Notes: generated by a model from the letters alone, not told the origin. A DNA stretch of 64,000 bases from Octopus vulgaris (GCA_951406725.2 OX597815.1:51956001-52020000); one strand, 5' to 3'. Positions 41,086 to 53,069 are shown, counted from the stretch's first letter. Program-made: numbers and translations.

Positions 41086-41251
41086 AGTGTGTTTATCATT
41101 ATTATTATTATTATTATGGGGAGCTAGCAGAATCATTAGACATGCTGGGCGAAATGTTTAGTGGTATTTCGTCCATCTTTATATTCTTTATATTATTTCG
41201 GGCCTAGTGCCTTGAGCAGATTATTATTATTATTATTACTATTATTATTAT

Positions 41252-41779
41252 TGAGTGAGAGAGCAGAGCATGCCATCAAAGTGACACTGGGGTAAAATAT
41301 ATGAAGCCCAGTATACCCATCATGACTACCTGTCTGATAAGGGTACACTAGGCACATGCATCACAACCATATGTGCATGACATGGTGATCTCATATCAAG
41401 ATAAACAGCACATGACCTTGAAGGTAGGGCCCAGTTAGAATTTTCTTCAGGTTGAGTAACCCATCCTGCTCAAAAGATCCTTGAATAAGGGTTGTTTAAG
41501 GATGTTGAATGAAACACCCATGTTTCCAGAGTTGAATTATTCAAACCCCAAAGAATTCCTCTCAACACATGGCTATCATGCTCCCTCACTACTTCTGCTC
41601 GTGATCAGAGATGCACATATCGTCAGCCACTAAGGGACATATTCAACTGGTTAAGGTCAAACAACTGACAAACAAATCTGTGGTATTGAACAGAATATTT
41701 GCTGTAGCCCATCTTTTATACCAAGACAAAACAATGTACATGATAACACTTCCAATCAATTAAGATCAGAAGCCACGAG

Positions 41780-41780
<1 letters not shown>
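41252..41780. mobile_element. ~540-bp non-coding interspersed element in (ATT)n, copy 2
   Basis: Direct repeat of 37210-37750, flanked by (ATT)n on both sides. Confidence 0.85.
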
Positions 41781-41841
<61 letters not shown>

Positions 41842-43019
41842 ATGCTGAACAAGCAGCAGTGCTGACTTTGGGATCTGCAAGTTTTTGCAAGAACTTGCTG
41901 TTTTTTCATTCACTTGTGTGCTTGTTTTATTTTTTTTTTTTTTTACCATTGTGAGACTGACTACACCTGCTTTGTCTGAGTGGAGTTGTAATCACACTGC
42001 AATAGATGTTGGACATTTTGAATTTTTTCAAAGCTATGAAATCTTAATTTTCTCTGGAAAAAAGAGAAAAAAGATAGCCGTTCTATAATAATGTTTGACC
42101 CAGCAAAATGAGAGAGTGAGAGAATAAAAGAGAGTATAACAAAGAAAGTGAGAGAAGGACTTTTTTTTTTCACAAATTCTAGTGTTTGTAACATTACAAT
42201 TGAAAATGATAGCAATGTTGCTGTCATGGTGACAAAAACTCAACCAAATAATTATAACAGCAAACACAATAGCACCACCACCACCACCACCACCACCACT
42301 ACCACCACCACCACCAACAACAACAACATAGAGAAAAATATAAACAAAAAGATCAGAAATATCAACAAGAGTGAGGATTTCCCAAGCTTGGTAGTCCTGG
42401 GGGAGATATATTACATTAACAACACGACAACACTGCCTTTGCAACCATCACAACAAGTTGTAACTCTACTCTCTATTATCTCTTTCACCACTGCCACCAT
42501 AATGACGATGACGATGATGATGACGACGATGATGACGACAACCACCACCACCACCACCAGTATTACTGAATGTAACTGCTGTTACATTCAGTGTAGCTTC
42601 TGAAAACACCACCACCATCAGTATCATCGCTACCACATTCCTTGCAGCTTTGGAAATTCCACCAATGACAACAACAATGGCATCAACAACAACAGATATA
42701 GTGAGAACACAAAGGAATATAGTGATGAATTTTCTCCGATTCATAGCCATAAACAATACAAATCACAACAATGCTAATACAATTCATATCGCTTTCACCA
42801 CCTATACCTCCATTCTCTGTGACAGTCAGATCCAGCAGAAACAGTAACATTAGCAGAAAGAAGGCCAGCTCCTGCAAAGAAGCTGCCAAAAGATTGAATA
42901 CTTTGTATATTTTTTTTAGGAAAATACAACAAATTGAAATGCAAGCACCAGCTTCTCCACTTTGAAAATCAAACAGCTTCTTTGTTAGTACCAAGAAGCC
43001 TCTTGTGAGAAACAATCTG

Positions 43020-43709
43020 GAGGACAGTGGTATACTGGTGTGTGTTGGTTAAGAACTATTGTGTGGAAATAGAACCACCCCACTGCTCATGTAGAAAAGT
43101 GCTTAAGAGGAATTTGGAGTGATATAATCTTTGTTGCTCTAACCAGACAATGTAGTAGTGTCAAGGTTAAATTTCATTCTGAAGTATATGTATAGAAGCA
43201 TTCTATTATTGTTCCATGCAGGAATGAAGATTTCAGCCTGATTCTACTTGCACAGGTGAATGGTGAAAATCAAAATTTTGGACATGCCATCAGAATTGGA
43301 TGTTTGGAAGGTGGTGGCATGTGATATTCTAGAGAGAACTGACTCCTTCTTAGAAATTAAGAAGCACCAACAGGAAAATCAGTTGGTAATTGGGTTGGAA
43401 ATTATCATACAAGTCAAACCAGAAAATTTGGACAAAATTCCATATCATATAGAATTCCCAACTGACCAAAAAGTGAATAATATGGTGGAAGAGAGAAAGC
43501 TGAGGTGCTACTTATGTGGTAGTGGCAATCACTTGAAAGTTTTTTTGTCCACAATAAAGAGAAGTGAAAAGAAGACTTACTCTCCTGCCAAAACCACATC
43601 CAAAACAACAACAACAACTGGGACAGAGCCTGCAACAACAAAAACAACTACAGCAGCTACAGAAACAAAATAATCAACAGAAGCAACTAATCAATTTAAT
43701 CAACTATTG

Positions 43710-43751
<42 letters not shown>

Positions 43752-43920
43752 CAACAACAACAACAACAACAACAACAGCAGCAGCAGCAGCAGCAAAATC
43801 TACCATAGCTACAGATCCAACCACAACAGCAGACATTTCCAAAACAACAGATTGTGATACCAAAGCCGCTTCAAAAGAAAACTTCACAGAAATGCTCTCA
43901 CCACCTACCACAAAAAGATG
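43020..43920 (+). pseudogene. Decayed LINE ORF1/gag-like frame with zinc knuckle and Thr/Ala low-complexity tail
   Basis: LRCYLCGSGNHLKVF (CX2CX4H) in ORF 43260-43673; upstream frame remnants with stops. Confidence 0.6.
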
Positions 43921-44664
43921 CATACAAATGCATTCATAGTCACAGATTCATCTCTCACCTTAGCTACTACAGATCTTCCTGGACCTGTGATCTTGCCATG
44001 CAATAAAGCTTAGGTGAGAAACCAAACCAATGAGGTATGTGATAGAGGGAAGAGAAAGTTGGAAGCATCCAACCACTCCAAGATGAAAGCATTTCATTAG
44101 TTCATATCTCATTTAGCTGTATAGTAATCTCCTTTTTTCTTTATAATTCTTTCCTTCTATGGAGTAAAATTTGTTTCCCGCCTCCTCCTCAACTACAAAC
44201 AACTAAGTGCCTTAAAGTACACATTCTCAAAAACTTTTCTATCTCCACTGAACTTTCTGTTCTTAAAGCACATGAAGATATATTTATTTGTAAGTTACTA
44301 GCAACCTGCCTTTGATGATGAGCAAAAAAGCAGGAGTGTTCCATGAGATTTATGCTAAACTTTTTGATGAAAAGTTCTTTCACCGTTTCTCTTTTTCTTT
44401 AGTGCTTTAAGAGTTACAAACAAGAAAGGAATGCAAGTTAGTCCAATTGAATTTATAAATTTCTGCATTACTGTGTATTTTACCTTTTTTATGTCTTATC
44501 TTAAACCCAAAGAAGACAAATGTACTGTTGAAATAGTGATCACTAAAAAAATGGTCAAAATGTGCTTTTCTGTTACATATCACACTCATCCAATTATGTA
44601 TTTACTTTTGTGAAATGTGACACCAATCTTCATAAATCATCATCGTTGTTGTTATTGTCGTCGT

Positions 44665-44695
<31 letters not shown>

Positions 44696-44699
44696 GTAG

Positions 44700-44923
44700 T
44701 GCACTGGTATAATTTTTAGCGTGAGTGACAAAATGCTTAGTGTCATTTCTTCTGACTTCATGTTCTGAGGTCTAATGCTGTTGGGTTAGCTTTGTTTTTC
44801 ATCGTTTCAGGATCGATAAGACAGTATTAGCTGAGCATGTGTGTGTATGCGTGTATGTGTGTGAATGTAATCAACTAGCCCCATTCCCTACAAAATTGCT
44901 GGCCTTGTACCAAAATTCGAAAC

Positions 44924-44925
<2 letters not shown>
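44700..44925 (+). mobile_element. SINE family B
   Basis: AAATGCTTAG..TTCTGAG..AAAATTGCTGGCCTTGT..(ATT)n. Confidence 0.8.
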
Positions 44926-44962
<37 letters not shown>

Positions 44963-45109
44963 GATGATGATGATGATGATGATATTCTGTTTTGAGTGTA
45001 CCTACTTTGCCAAAGTTGTTATGTAACTAAAAAAATAGAGCAAGATTTGTGGTTATAAGACAGTCATTTTTCCATTTTATTGATAATATTTAACACAAAA
45101 AATAGATTC

Positions 45110-45560
45110 TTTCTATGGGAGCTTGCTTCTGCAATTCATATTTACCTGGCATTTCTTCAATTTTTTTTTTTTACTTTGTATCACACATCACTGTTCCTAG
45201 CATTCCTGTAATAACAGGGAAAGTTCTTGTATCCATATCCAACATGTTCAATATTTCTATTTCCTCTTCTTTATATTTGTGGACATTTTCCAATCACATT
45301 TATGTAGAATTTATTTCATTGTGTGTTGAGCAAGACACATCAATAAGTGTACAAGAAATGGGTACCATATTTTTTACAATGATATCAGGGTAGTTTACTT
45401 CTATCTCCTTATCAGTATGAATTTGTATATCTCAGAGAATTACAAAATTCTCATTCTTTACAGCTGTCTCTGGACTATTCTTGCACCTTTTTCTGTTACA
45501 GGCATTTCATTTTTGTACATATTTTCTCGTTGAAATAGATAGTCACCCTGTCATGTCTGA
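45110..45560 (-). mobile_element. Dong-like LINE REL-domain fragment
   Basis: Minus-strand PDIIV, IDVSC, PVITGMLGTV. Confidence 0.6.
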
Positions 45561-46059
45561 AGCCACTCTGACTATCATTTTTGTTATTTTATACACAGCA
45601 TAAAATCAGGAAAAGTGAATTGAATTTAGATATTAAAAAGCTTCACTGTGAGGGAAATAAGTTAAACACATTCTTTCTGTGTTACTGACATGCAGAGAAA
45701 AGAGGGACCATTTCATAGTTTGTTGACTGCTCTTTAGAGAAAATGTATCAACCTTGCTTCCCCAATCAGATTAGGTACCATATAAAGCACTCATAAATTA
45801 GGTTAGCACTGTAGTAGATAGTCTAATTTACATATATCTGCTTTTGGTTTGCATATATCATTAATTAAACAATGTCTGTTTTCAGTCCTTCTGATTCATG
45901 CTGTGTTGTGCATAAAACTAATTGAAGTTAATGTCATCAAAGTAATCAATACATGGGTCATGCAAGTATTGAAATACCCTGCTCTTTCTTTTAAAGTAGA
46001 TGAAAAGAGAGCTACAGGAACTAAGAAGCTTCTCACCATCCTAAAAGAAATATCGATGG

Positions 46060-46920
46060 GCTCTATTTACTAAGACGGGAAAGAGATGGGGGGTTGTTAA
46101 ATGCAGAATACACCATCAGTATACCATGATTTGAAGTTTGAAAAACTATGTTGTGCATTATGAGGAAACAGTGAAAGATTTCAAGAACAGAAAACACAAA
46201 AGGACAAACAACTAGAAAGACAAAGAGCTTCATGACAAGAACAATAGGACAAATGACTGGTAAGGCAAAGAACTCCTTAGCCAATTCATGCAACAAACCG
46301 ATGGTATTGGAAGTGAAGAGACTGACTGTGGCTAAAAGTTAAAAACCAGAATCTAGAAATGAATTGCTTGTTATAACCACCGAGGAAGAGTTCATTAGAA
46401 CAAATTTGGAAAGGACATAGATTGGTAAAATTCAATCAGATACCATATACAGAATGTGTAGAAAAGGGAATGAAAATATTAACCATCTTCTGAGTGCAGA
46501 TAAAAGAGTATAAATGCAGGCATAACTGTGTTTATGAAAGAGTGCGTTGGAATTATAGCCAAGTGTGTGGATTCAAAAGTGATGCAAACGCAAGCCAGAT
46601 ATGGATCTGAAGGACAGAAAGGAAAAGACAGTGCATGATCATTGACTTTGCAATATCATATGATAGTAGTGTGGATATTATTAGGACCTGGCAAGAGAAT
46701 TGAAGAATTTATAGAAAACATGAGTGAATATTGTTGCTGCAGTAGTTGGTGCACTTGGCACAATGCCTAAACTGCTACCTAAGAAGCTGAAGGATATTAG
46801 AATTGAGACATATATTGTTGATCTACAGAAAAAAGCCACCCTATATTCTGCAGAAGACTTGTCACCAAACTTCAGCACAACATCCCTGCTAATTAAATTA
46901 GTGCGTAATAGTTTTTGTAT
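46060..46920 (+). mobile_element. Dong-like LINE 3' fragment
   Basis: RMCRKGNENINHLLS, IIDFAI, VVGALGTMPK..LQK; followed by (AAT)n. Confidence 0.75.
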
Positions 46921-46924
46921 AATG

Positions 46925-46964
<40 letters not shown>

Positions 46965-47024
46965 TGATGATGATGATGATGATGATAACAACAACAATAA
47001 CAATAATAATAAAAATAATAATAA

Positions 47025-47237
47025 TTTCAAATTTTGGCACAAGGCCAGTACATTTTGGGGGAGTAGGTAAGTTTATTACATTGACCCCAGTACTCAACTG
47101 GTACTTATTTTATTGACCCTCATTGGATGAAAGGCAAAGTTGACCTCAGTGGAATTTGAACTCAGAACATTAAGACAGACGAAATGCTGCTAAGCATTTT
47201 CTCCAGCATTGCTAATGATTCTGCCAGCTTGCCACCT
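47025..47237 (-). mobile_element. SINE family B, full length
   Basis: Reverse complement of the family B consensus seen elsewhere in the window. Confidence 0.9.
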
Positions 47238-47260
47238 AAATAATAATAATGATAATAATA

Positions 47261-47670
47261 ATATAGTGGTTGTATACTGTCAACTCAATGTGACAGTCCC
47301 GTAAGGGAATTACACCACCGCCATTTAGCCCTAGGAAACATTGACATCTCCTGTCAGCTTTGACACATTTTCTGTGTCCTTATATTTGCAAAGGGGAGGC
47401 AATCAACCCTGCTAGCTGGGACTAAGCACCTGAAGACATATGTTTCTGATTCTATTGCTCGTCGTCAGTTCAGGGTAGCCAGTCTCGCTCGCTGAGATGA
47501 CTGCAACCTCTTCGCAAATATATCATATTTTCAGTAAAATTTATTTACTGATCACCGAAATTAGAAATATTGAATTTCTAAATGTCTCAGAGAGACATAA
47601 GCGGTGGTGGAGCGATATAGTGGTCGTATACTGTCAACTCAATGTGACAGTCCCACCATTTAGCCTTAGG
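47261..47670 (-). mobile_element. Retrozyme-like element: 354-bp monomer plus partial second unit
   Basis: Direct repeat ATATAGTGGTYGTATACTGTCAACTCAATGTGACAGTCCC at 47261 and 47615; internal hammerhead ribozyme. Confidence 0.7.
47420..47484 (-). ncRNA. Type I hammerhead ribozyme with extended stem I
   Basis: Minus strand: GACUGG-CUAC-CCUGAA CUGACGA CGA-gcaauagaa-UCA GAAAC auau GUC^ UUCAGG-UGC-UUAGUC. Confidence 0.8.
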
Positions 47671-48199
47671 TTCATAAAGGAAAGTTTATGAAAAACAATA
47701 AAATGAGGTTGTTATGGAACTTCCCTATACAAACCAAATGGAAAATAGACTATGACTATGTAGATGTTCTCTCATTGGCTTGTTGCACTAATGTGGGTTA
47801 TTGTTGTCTGATGTTGTTGGTGTTGTCGGTATTGTAATTCTTTTAACCCAGATCAGTTCTGATGTGTGGACTATAGATCTGTGGCTATCCCATATTTTAT
47901 TTAAATTAAGTGTATCGAGGACTACATTATTTAATGTCTCCTTTGTTGCTGTTTAGTTTTAGCTCAGCCCTGTTTCAGCTCTTGATCAAAAGCATTCCAA
48001 CTGTGACCAACTCATCTTATTTTGAAACTTAGTGTATCTAGGATTACATTTCTGAAAATGATGTGTAATTTGTATGAATTTTGCAGTTATTGCTAGCAGG
48101 TCAAGCAACCACAAAGTGGTTTTTGTTGTTGTTGCTTTGGTTGGCATTCTTTCAGTTGCAGATTTTGTGTTAATATTGGTGGTCATGTACTGGTATTGA

Positions 48200-48523
48200 T
48201 AATGTGAGTGATGGTGGAGAGGTGTTATTGGTTGGGGTGAGATGATATTGGAGACTTCCTCAATTCCTTTTTCGCTATCTTATAATGTTTTTGCACTCCT
48301 TGATACTTGCATCCTTCATTTTCTTTTGGTGGTCTTATGATATCATTGCATGGTATCTTTATCTTATCAGATTTAATCTTTCAGCCTCACTTCATAATCA
48401 AAACTGTATACTTATTCACTCCAAGCTGCATACCAATATCCTTACTAAATATTCTCACTGTTTGAACAAGAGAATCCAGGACTTTCACATGTTTGGTATT
48501 TAATTTGAGATATTCATATATAT
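48200..48523 (-). mobile_element. Old Dong-like LINE, RT part downstream of YMDD
   Basis: YMN(D)LKLNTKHVKVLDSLVQTVRIFSKDIGMQLGVNKY. Confidence 0.8.
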
Positions 48524-48722
48524 GTGACCGCGTGTGTACTGTTGGCGATTTTTTTCCTCCGTCTTCCCTTCTCTGGATCTTTCCTTTTCCTCTGTTTCTG
48601 ATGAAGAGCTCCACTCAAAACATTAAACCCTCCTTCTTCCTGAGCGTCCAATAATACTATATTTGTTCCATGTCCTCGCGTTGTTGTGTTTTCTCTTTGT
48701 GTTTTCATGTTTGGATCAACTG
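48524..48722 (+). mobile_element. Penelope-like terminal-repeat fragment with decayed minimal hammerhead (48594-48628)
   Basis: GTTT CTGATGA AGAG ctcca CTC AAAAC ATT AAAC; expected GAAAC GTT, both changes are CpG-type. Confidence 0.65.
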
Positions 48723-48755
<33 letters not shown>

Positions 48756-48855
48756 TTATAAATAAGGATAATATCAATATTTAAATATTGACATTATCAA
48801 GTGGGCAGCATGGGAATAAATACCATACAAAGGTAATAATTTTTTTTTTTTTAAT

Positions 48856-49334
48856 ACTATAAATAAGGGAATCTGAGAGACACCACCATGCCGAAATAGC
48901 AGTCAAATCCCTGACTCTAAAAACCACCTTAAATGTTCATATCGCACCATGAGATAAGACAGAGGGACAAAATAGACTAGCAAAAAGATATTACTGAATA
49001 AGTCAAGATCCTGGATTTCTAGCTTTGCTTCAAATAAGCTCTTCCTTCATCAGTTGAATATATCAGATGGGCACATAAATACAAGTATATATATACAGAA
49101 CACACGTTATACTTACATATACGAACGTCCATACATACATATATATGCACATATGTACAAGGCCAGTTCAAATTGCCCGCCAACCACCTCATAAGCGCGA
49201 TATGGTCAAAATAAATACCGCAGTGAATATAGTGACGAATTATGTCCCTCTGTCTCATGGTGCGATATGAACATTTAAGGTGGTTTTTAGAGTCAGAAAT
49301 TTGACTGCTATTTCTCAGATACCCTTATTTATAG

Positions 49335-49335
<1 letters not shown>
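48856..49335. repeat. Inverted-repeat element (~95-115-bp arms) in a TA tract
   Basis: GAAATAGCAGTCAAAT..CTGACTCTAAAAACCACCTTAAATGTTCATATCGCACCATGAG is mirrored at 49241-49335. Confidence 0.85.
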
Positions 49336-49367
<32 letters not shown>

Positions 49368-49374
<7 letters not shown>

Positions 49375-49653
49375 TGATGGAGGAAAAAACAACAGAAAAA
49401 GAAGCAAAAGGGAGAAAGAAATACAGAGGCCTTACCTGTTGACCTAGGCGGGATGAGCGATCACTGTCAAGAAATAAACATGTCCTTGCATGGTGCTGTC
49501 TCTCATCGAACTGCCTGCATGTGCTTTTTGCCCACGCATCCCCTGTGACACTTCCACCGGCCCCTGCAGTCTTTACTTCCGTTTGCCTCATCAGCAATCC
49601 TCTTCACCAACACCACATAGCTCACCACAGCCCATAACACCACAAACACCACA
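49368..49653 (+). mobile_element. Probable solo LTR
   Basis: TGTAGTG...CACCACA termini, internal AATAAA, 286 bp, inserted in (TA)n so the TSD is ambiguous. Confidence 0.6.
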
Positions 49654-49679
49654 ATATATATATAATAATAATAATAATA

Positions 49680-49949
49680 TGAGGGAATATTATTCCAAAC
49701 TTACAGGGAAAAATTCAATTTAGAAATACTAAATCAAATTTCACAAAATATAATATATAAATTGGAAAAAACCCACCTTTTATGAATTCAATAATGAAAA
49801 ATTAAATTATACCATTTAGAAAAATTACATATTATAGAAAGATTAAATATAAGATAAAACATATAACAATGATCATAATATGTCATTTTTCTAAATGGTG
49901 TAATTTAATTTTTCATTATCGAATTGATAAAAGGTGTTTTTTTTTCTAA

Positions 49950-49958
<9 letters not shown>
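49680..49958. repeat. AT-rich fold-back element (~80-bp arms)
   Basis: 49753-49835 is the reverse complement of 49875-49958. Confidence 0.85.
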
Positions 49959-49980
<22 letters not shown>

Positions 49981-49981
<1 letters not shown>

Positions 49982-51600
49982 GCATTTGATTTGTTTCCTC
50001 CCTATTCTTAGCAAGCTCAGATGCCAGTCTGGTTTTTCTCAATATGCATGTCAAAGGAATCTACACAGTAATAAAATGTAATAGAGAAAGTAGGTCTCCC
50101 TGTGATATTCCCCTCCATATTTTCACATTTCCTTATGTCATTTCTGCACTTTTGTTCTAGTTCCTACACTCTCATTACTGTTCATAGCAAACTGTTAATC
50201 TTCTCATGCACTTTCAGAGTCTTCAGGCATTCCAAAAGCCAACACTGAAACACATTATATGTATTCTTGTAGTCTATTCAACCAAGTTTTCCTCTTTTCT
50301 TCATACTTCTCTTAGTATTGATATGCTATAGCTCAGCAGTTTACCTTGATTTCTTTCTGCATCCCTTTCACTATTTGGCAATAATTTCACCTTCTCTGGA
50401 AAGCTGTACAATTCATCTGTTTTAGACTAGTTAGCAATTTCATGATCAATAGTAAGCAGGTAATGGATTTTTTTCTTTTTATCTTTCTGTATCAACATTA
50501 TTCTCTTTGTCACCCATGTAAATGTTCTATTTCCTATACAATCACTTTTGTAGTATTATCATCTTGACCTATTTTAAATTTCCCTTTTAAACTTTCTTAA
50601 CCAATCAGCTTCACTGTTGTGTTGGATTTCCTTGTTCTAAGTGTCTGATCAAAAGTTCCTGACTGCTTCAGTATTTGCTCTATCTTTCACTCATTGTTTA
50701 GCTCTTGGTAAAAATTTCCTTTCATTGTTTCTGAAAAGCTGGCTCTACTGTTAATGATTATTCTTTCTTGATAACTAGTATTTTTAGCTGAATTTGCTTT
50801 AATTTTTTTTTGTCCTACCCCTTCTTTAGCAGCCTGTAACCCTCTTTCTTTTTTTTGGACATTATACTTCTGCCTTTCCTTCACTATCTTCTTTTAGATT
50901 ATTGCATTTACTCATTCAAGGTCACTATTGAGCTGCTCAACTTGATTCTTTGGTCTCATTTTTATCAGGGGGTTTGCCCATTTTCCTGTTTGACTTTTAA
51001 TTTCTATAGTAATAGAGGTTGTACAGTAAATGGTAACATTTGAATCTGTTATATTCTCATCTTTGATTTTTTTTGCTAAAATTTATCTAATTTCTTTACT
51101 GCTTTTCGTAGTTTTTCACAATTGGTTCCTCTCAAAACCAGTAGTCTTATTCTAACCCTAATCCTTGTTTCGTTTAAACATTGAAATAAGCTCATTTCTT
51201 CTTGTGTATTATCCTTTCTGCCTATGAAGTAAAACTTCTTTTCATCCTCACTACTACTTCTTTCCACCTGATGATTCATTGATCTTTGGGCTATTTCTTG
51301 TTCAATTTCCTCTCCTATGTAGTCATGGTCCTCATCGTTCACTGTTCCAATTATCTCTTTCATTTCCAACTGGGATATCCATTATTTTCTCATGAGTTGA
51401 TTTTTTTTTTTTTTATTCAGAACTCTTTATGACAGGAAACATGTCTTTATCCATTTTTATGCATTCTTGTTCTGTATCTTGTTTTGTTAGAGTCACTCCT
51501 ATAGTAACATTCTATAACAATTCTACTTTTCCTAATTCTTGCAGCAGCTGTTGAATAAAGGACCAAGCTAATCCTGCTTGCCATCCAAAAGTCTTTCATC
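49981..51600 (-). mobile_element. Old Dong-like LINE, 5' half up to the YMDD motif
   Basis: IVIECYYRS (N-term), RGISQGDLLS..IPLTCILRK, EETNQMLY. Confidence 0.8.
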
Positions 51601-51872
51601 TGAGGATCCTGTCTCATTAACATGATTATGATATAAATTGGATCATGATGATAAAGCAAAATAACTACTGGTGCTTTTATTGAGACGCCATTTCTAGTAG
51701 GGCTACTAGCCAAAGCTAAAGAGGCCATCTTCCTCTTGTGGTAGTTCCAAATTTGCAAGCACTGTCTTAGTATTTTGTATTTTCAAGGTAATTATTGCTA
51801 TCAACCATGAGCAGGTAGTTCAGGGTTCCATGGTTAATTATTATCATAGCAGCAACAACAACAATAATATAG

Positions 51873-52400
51873 ACATAGGCACAGGCTTTGTGAGGTGAGA
51901 AGTTTGTTTCCCAACCTCATGGTTTCAAGTTCAGTTTCACAGCATGGAACCTTGGGCAAGTGTCTTCTACTATAGCCTTGGACTGACCAATGCCTTGTGA
52001 ATGGATTTAGTAGACAGAAACTAAAAGAAGTCCATTGTGTGTGTATGTGTGTGTGTGTGCATATATATGTTAGGAGGCACAAGCACTTACATACATGTGT
52101 ACACACAAATTCAATCACAAGGCTTCAGTTGACTTAAGACTATAGCAGGAAACACTTGCCAAAAGTATCACACAGAGGGACTAAACCTGAAACCATGTGG
52201 TTGAGAAGCAAGCTTCTTAACCACATAGCGATATGTGTGTGTGTCTTTGTGCTTGTGTCTGCTTGATAACCAGTGCTGATTTATGTCACTATAACTTAGT
52301 GGTTTGGCAAAAGATACCAATAGAATAAGTACCAGACTTTAAGAATAAGAACTGGGGTTGATCTGCCAAAGTCCAATGACTGAAGCAAGTAAAAGATAAG
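51873..52400. mobile_element. SINE family A (plus) with an inverted 5' arm nested at about 52090-52230
   Basis: Plus-strand arms at 51873-52035 and 52235-52400; minus-strand arm between them. Confidence 0.75.
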
Positions 52401-53069
52401 AGTAAGAGATACACTACTTAGATGGCCATTGATCTGCTCTTTAACAGGTTTTTGCTTTTCAACTTGCAGAGTGTTGAAATAGGAAACAAGAAAAAACCAT
52501 TCTCCTCACCAAGCATACTTAGTTGAGGTTGCCAGTTTATTCAATGACAATCTGACTGTATTGAGGTTGTATTACATTGCATGACTACCAGTAGCAGGTC
52601 ATTGTCCTGATATTCTGCATTGCAGTAACAAGTTTACTCCCATTTTCTCAGGGGATATGAGGATATTGTTGTCATGTGTGTTGGGCGCGAATTCCATTAA
52701 GAATGATGAAATAGAGGTAAAAAGTAAGTGGGGAAGAAAACTAAATAGAATTGGACTGCTCTGTGCAAAAGAGGAAAACGGTTTAGTATGGAGAAAATAA
52801 TTGTGATTAATCCTAACCAATGGATATTTTTCTACCCACTGTTTACAATAAAGTTGAAAATGAGAGGGAATTAAAGAAATTAGATAGGATTATTTCATGT
52901 GGAGAATAGGAAATGAGAAAAACAATTGAAATAAACAAATTATGACTTTGCTAAGAACGATGAAACAGAAGATGGAAATGAGAAATGAGGAAAGATAGGA
53001 TTGGACAATTCAGTGTTGAGAATAATGAAAGTTTATCATCATCATCATCATCATCATCATCATTATTAT

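Noticed and set aside
49580-49600. CTGATGAGGC on the minus strand of the solo LTR as a hammerhead
   Set aside because: No stem II closure or GAAA
52450-52625. Strong-looking splice acceptor TTTTCAACTTGCAG
   Set aside because: All three downstream frames stop quickly and there is no other support
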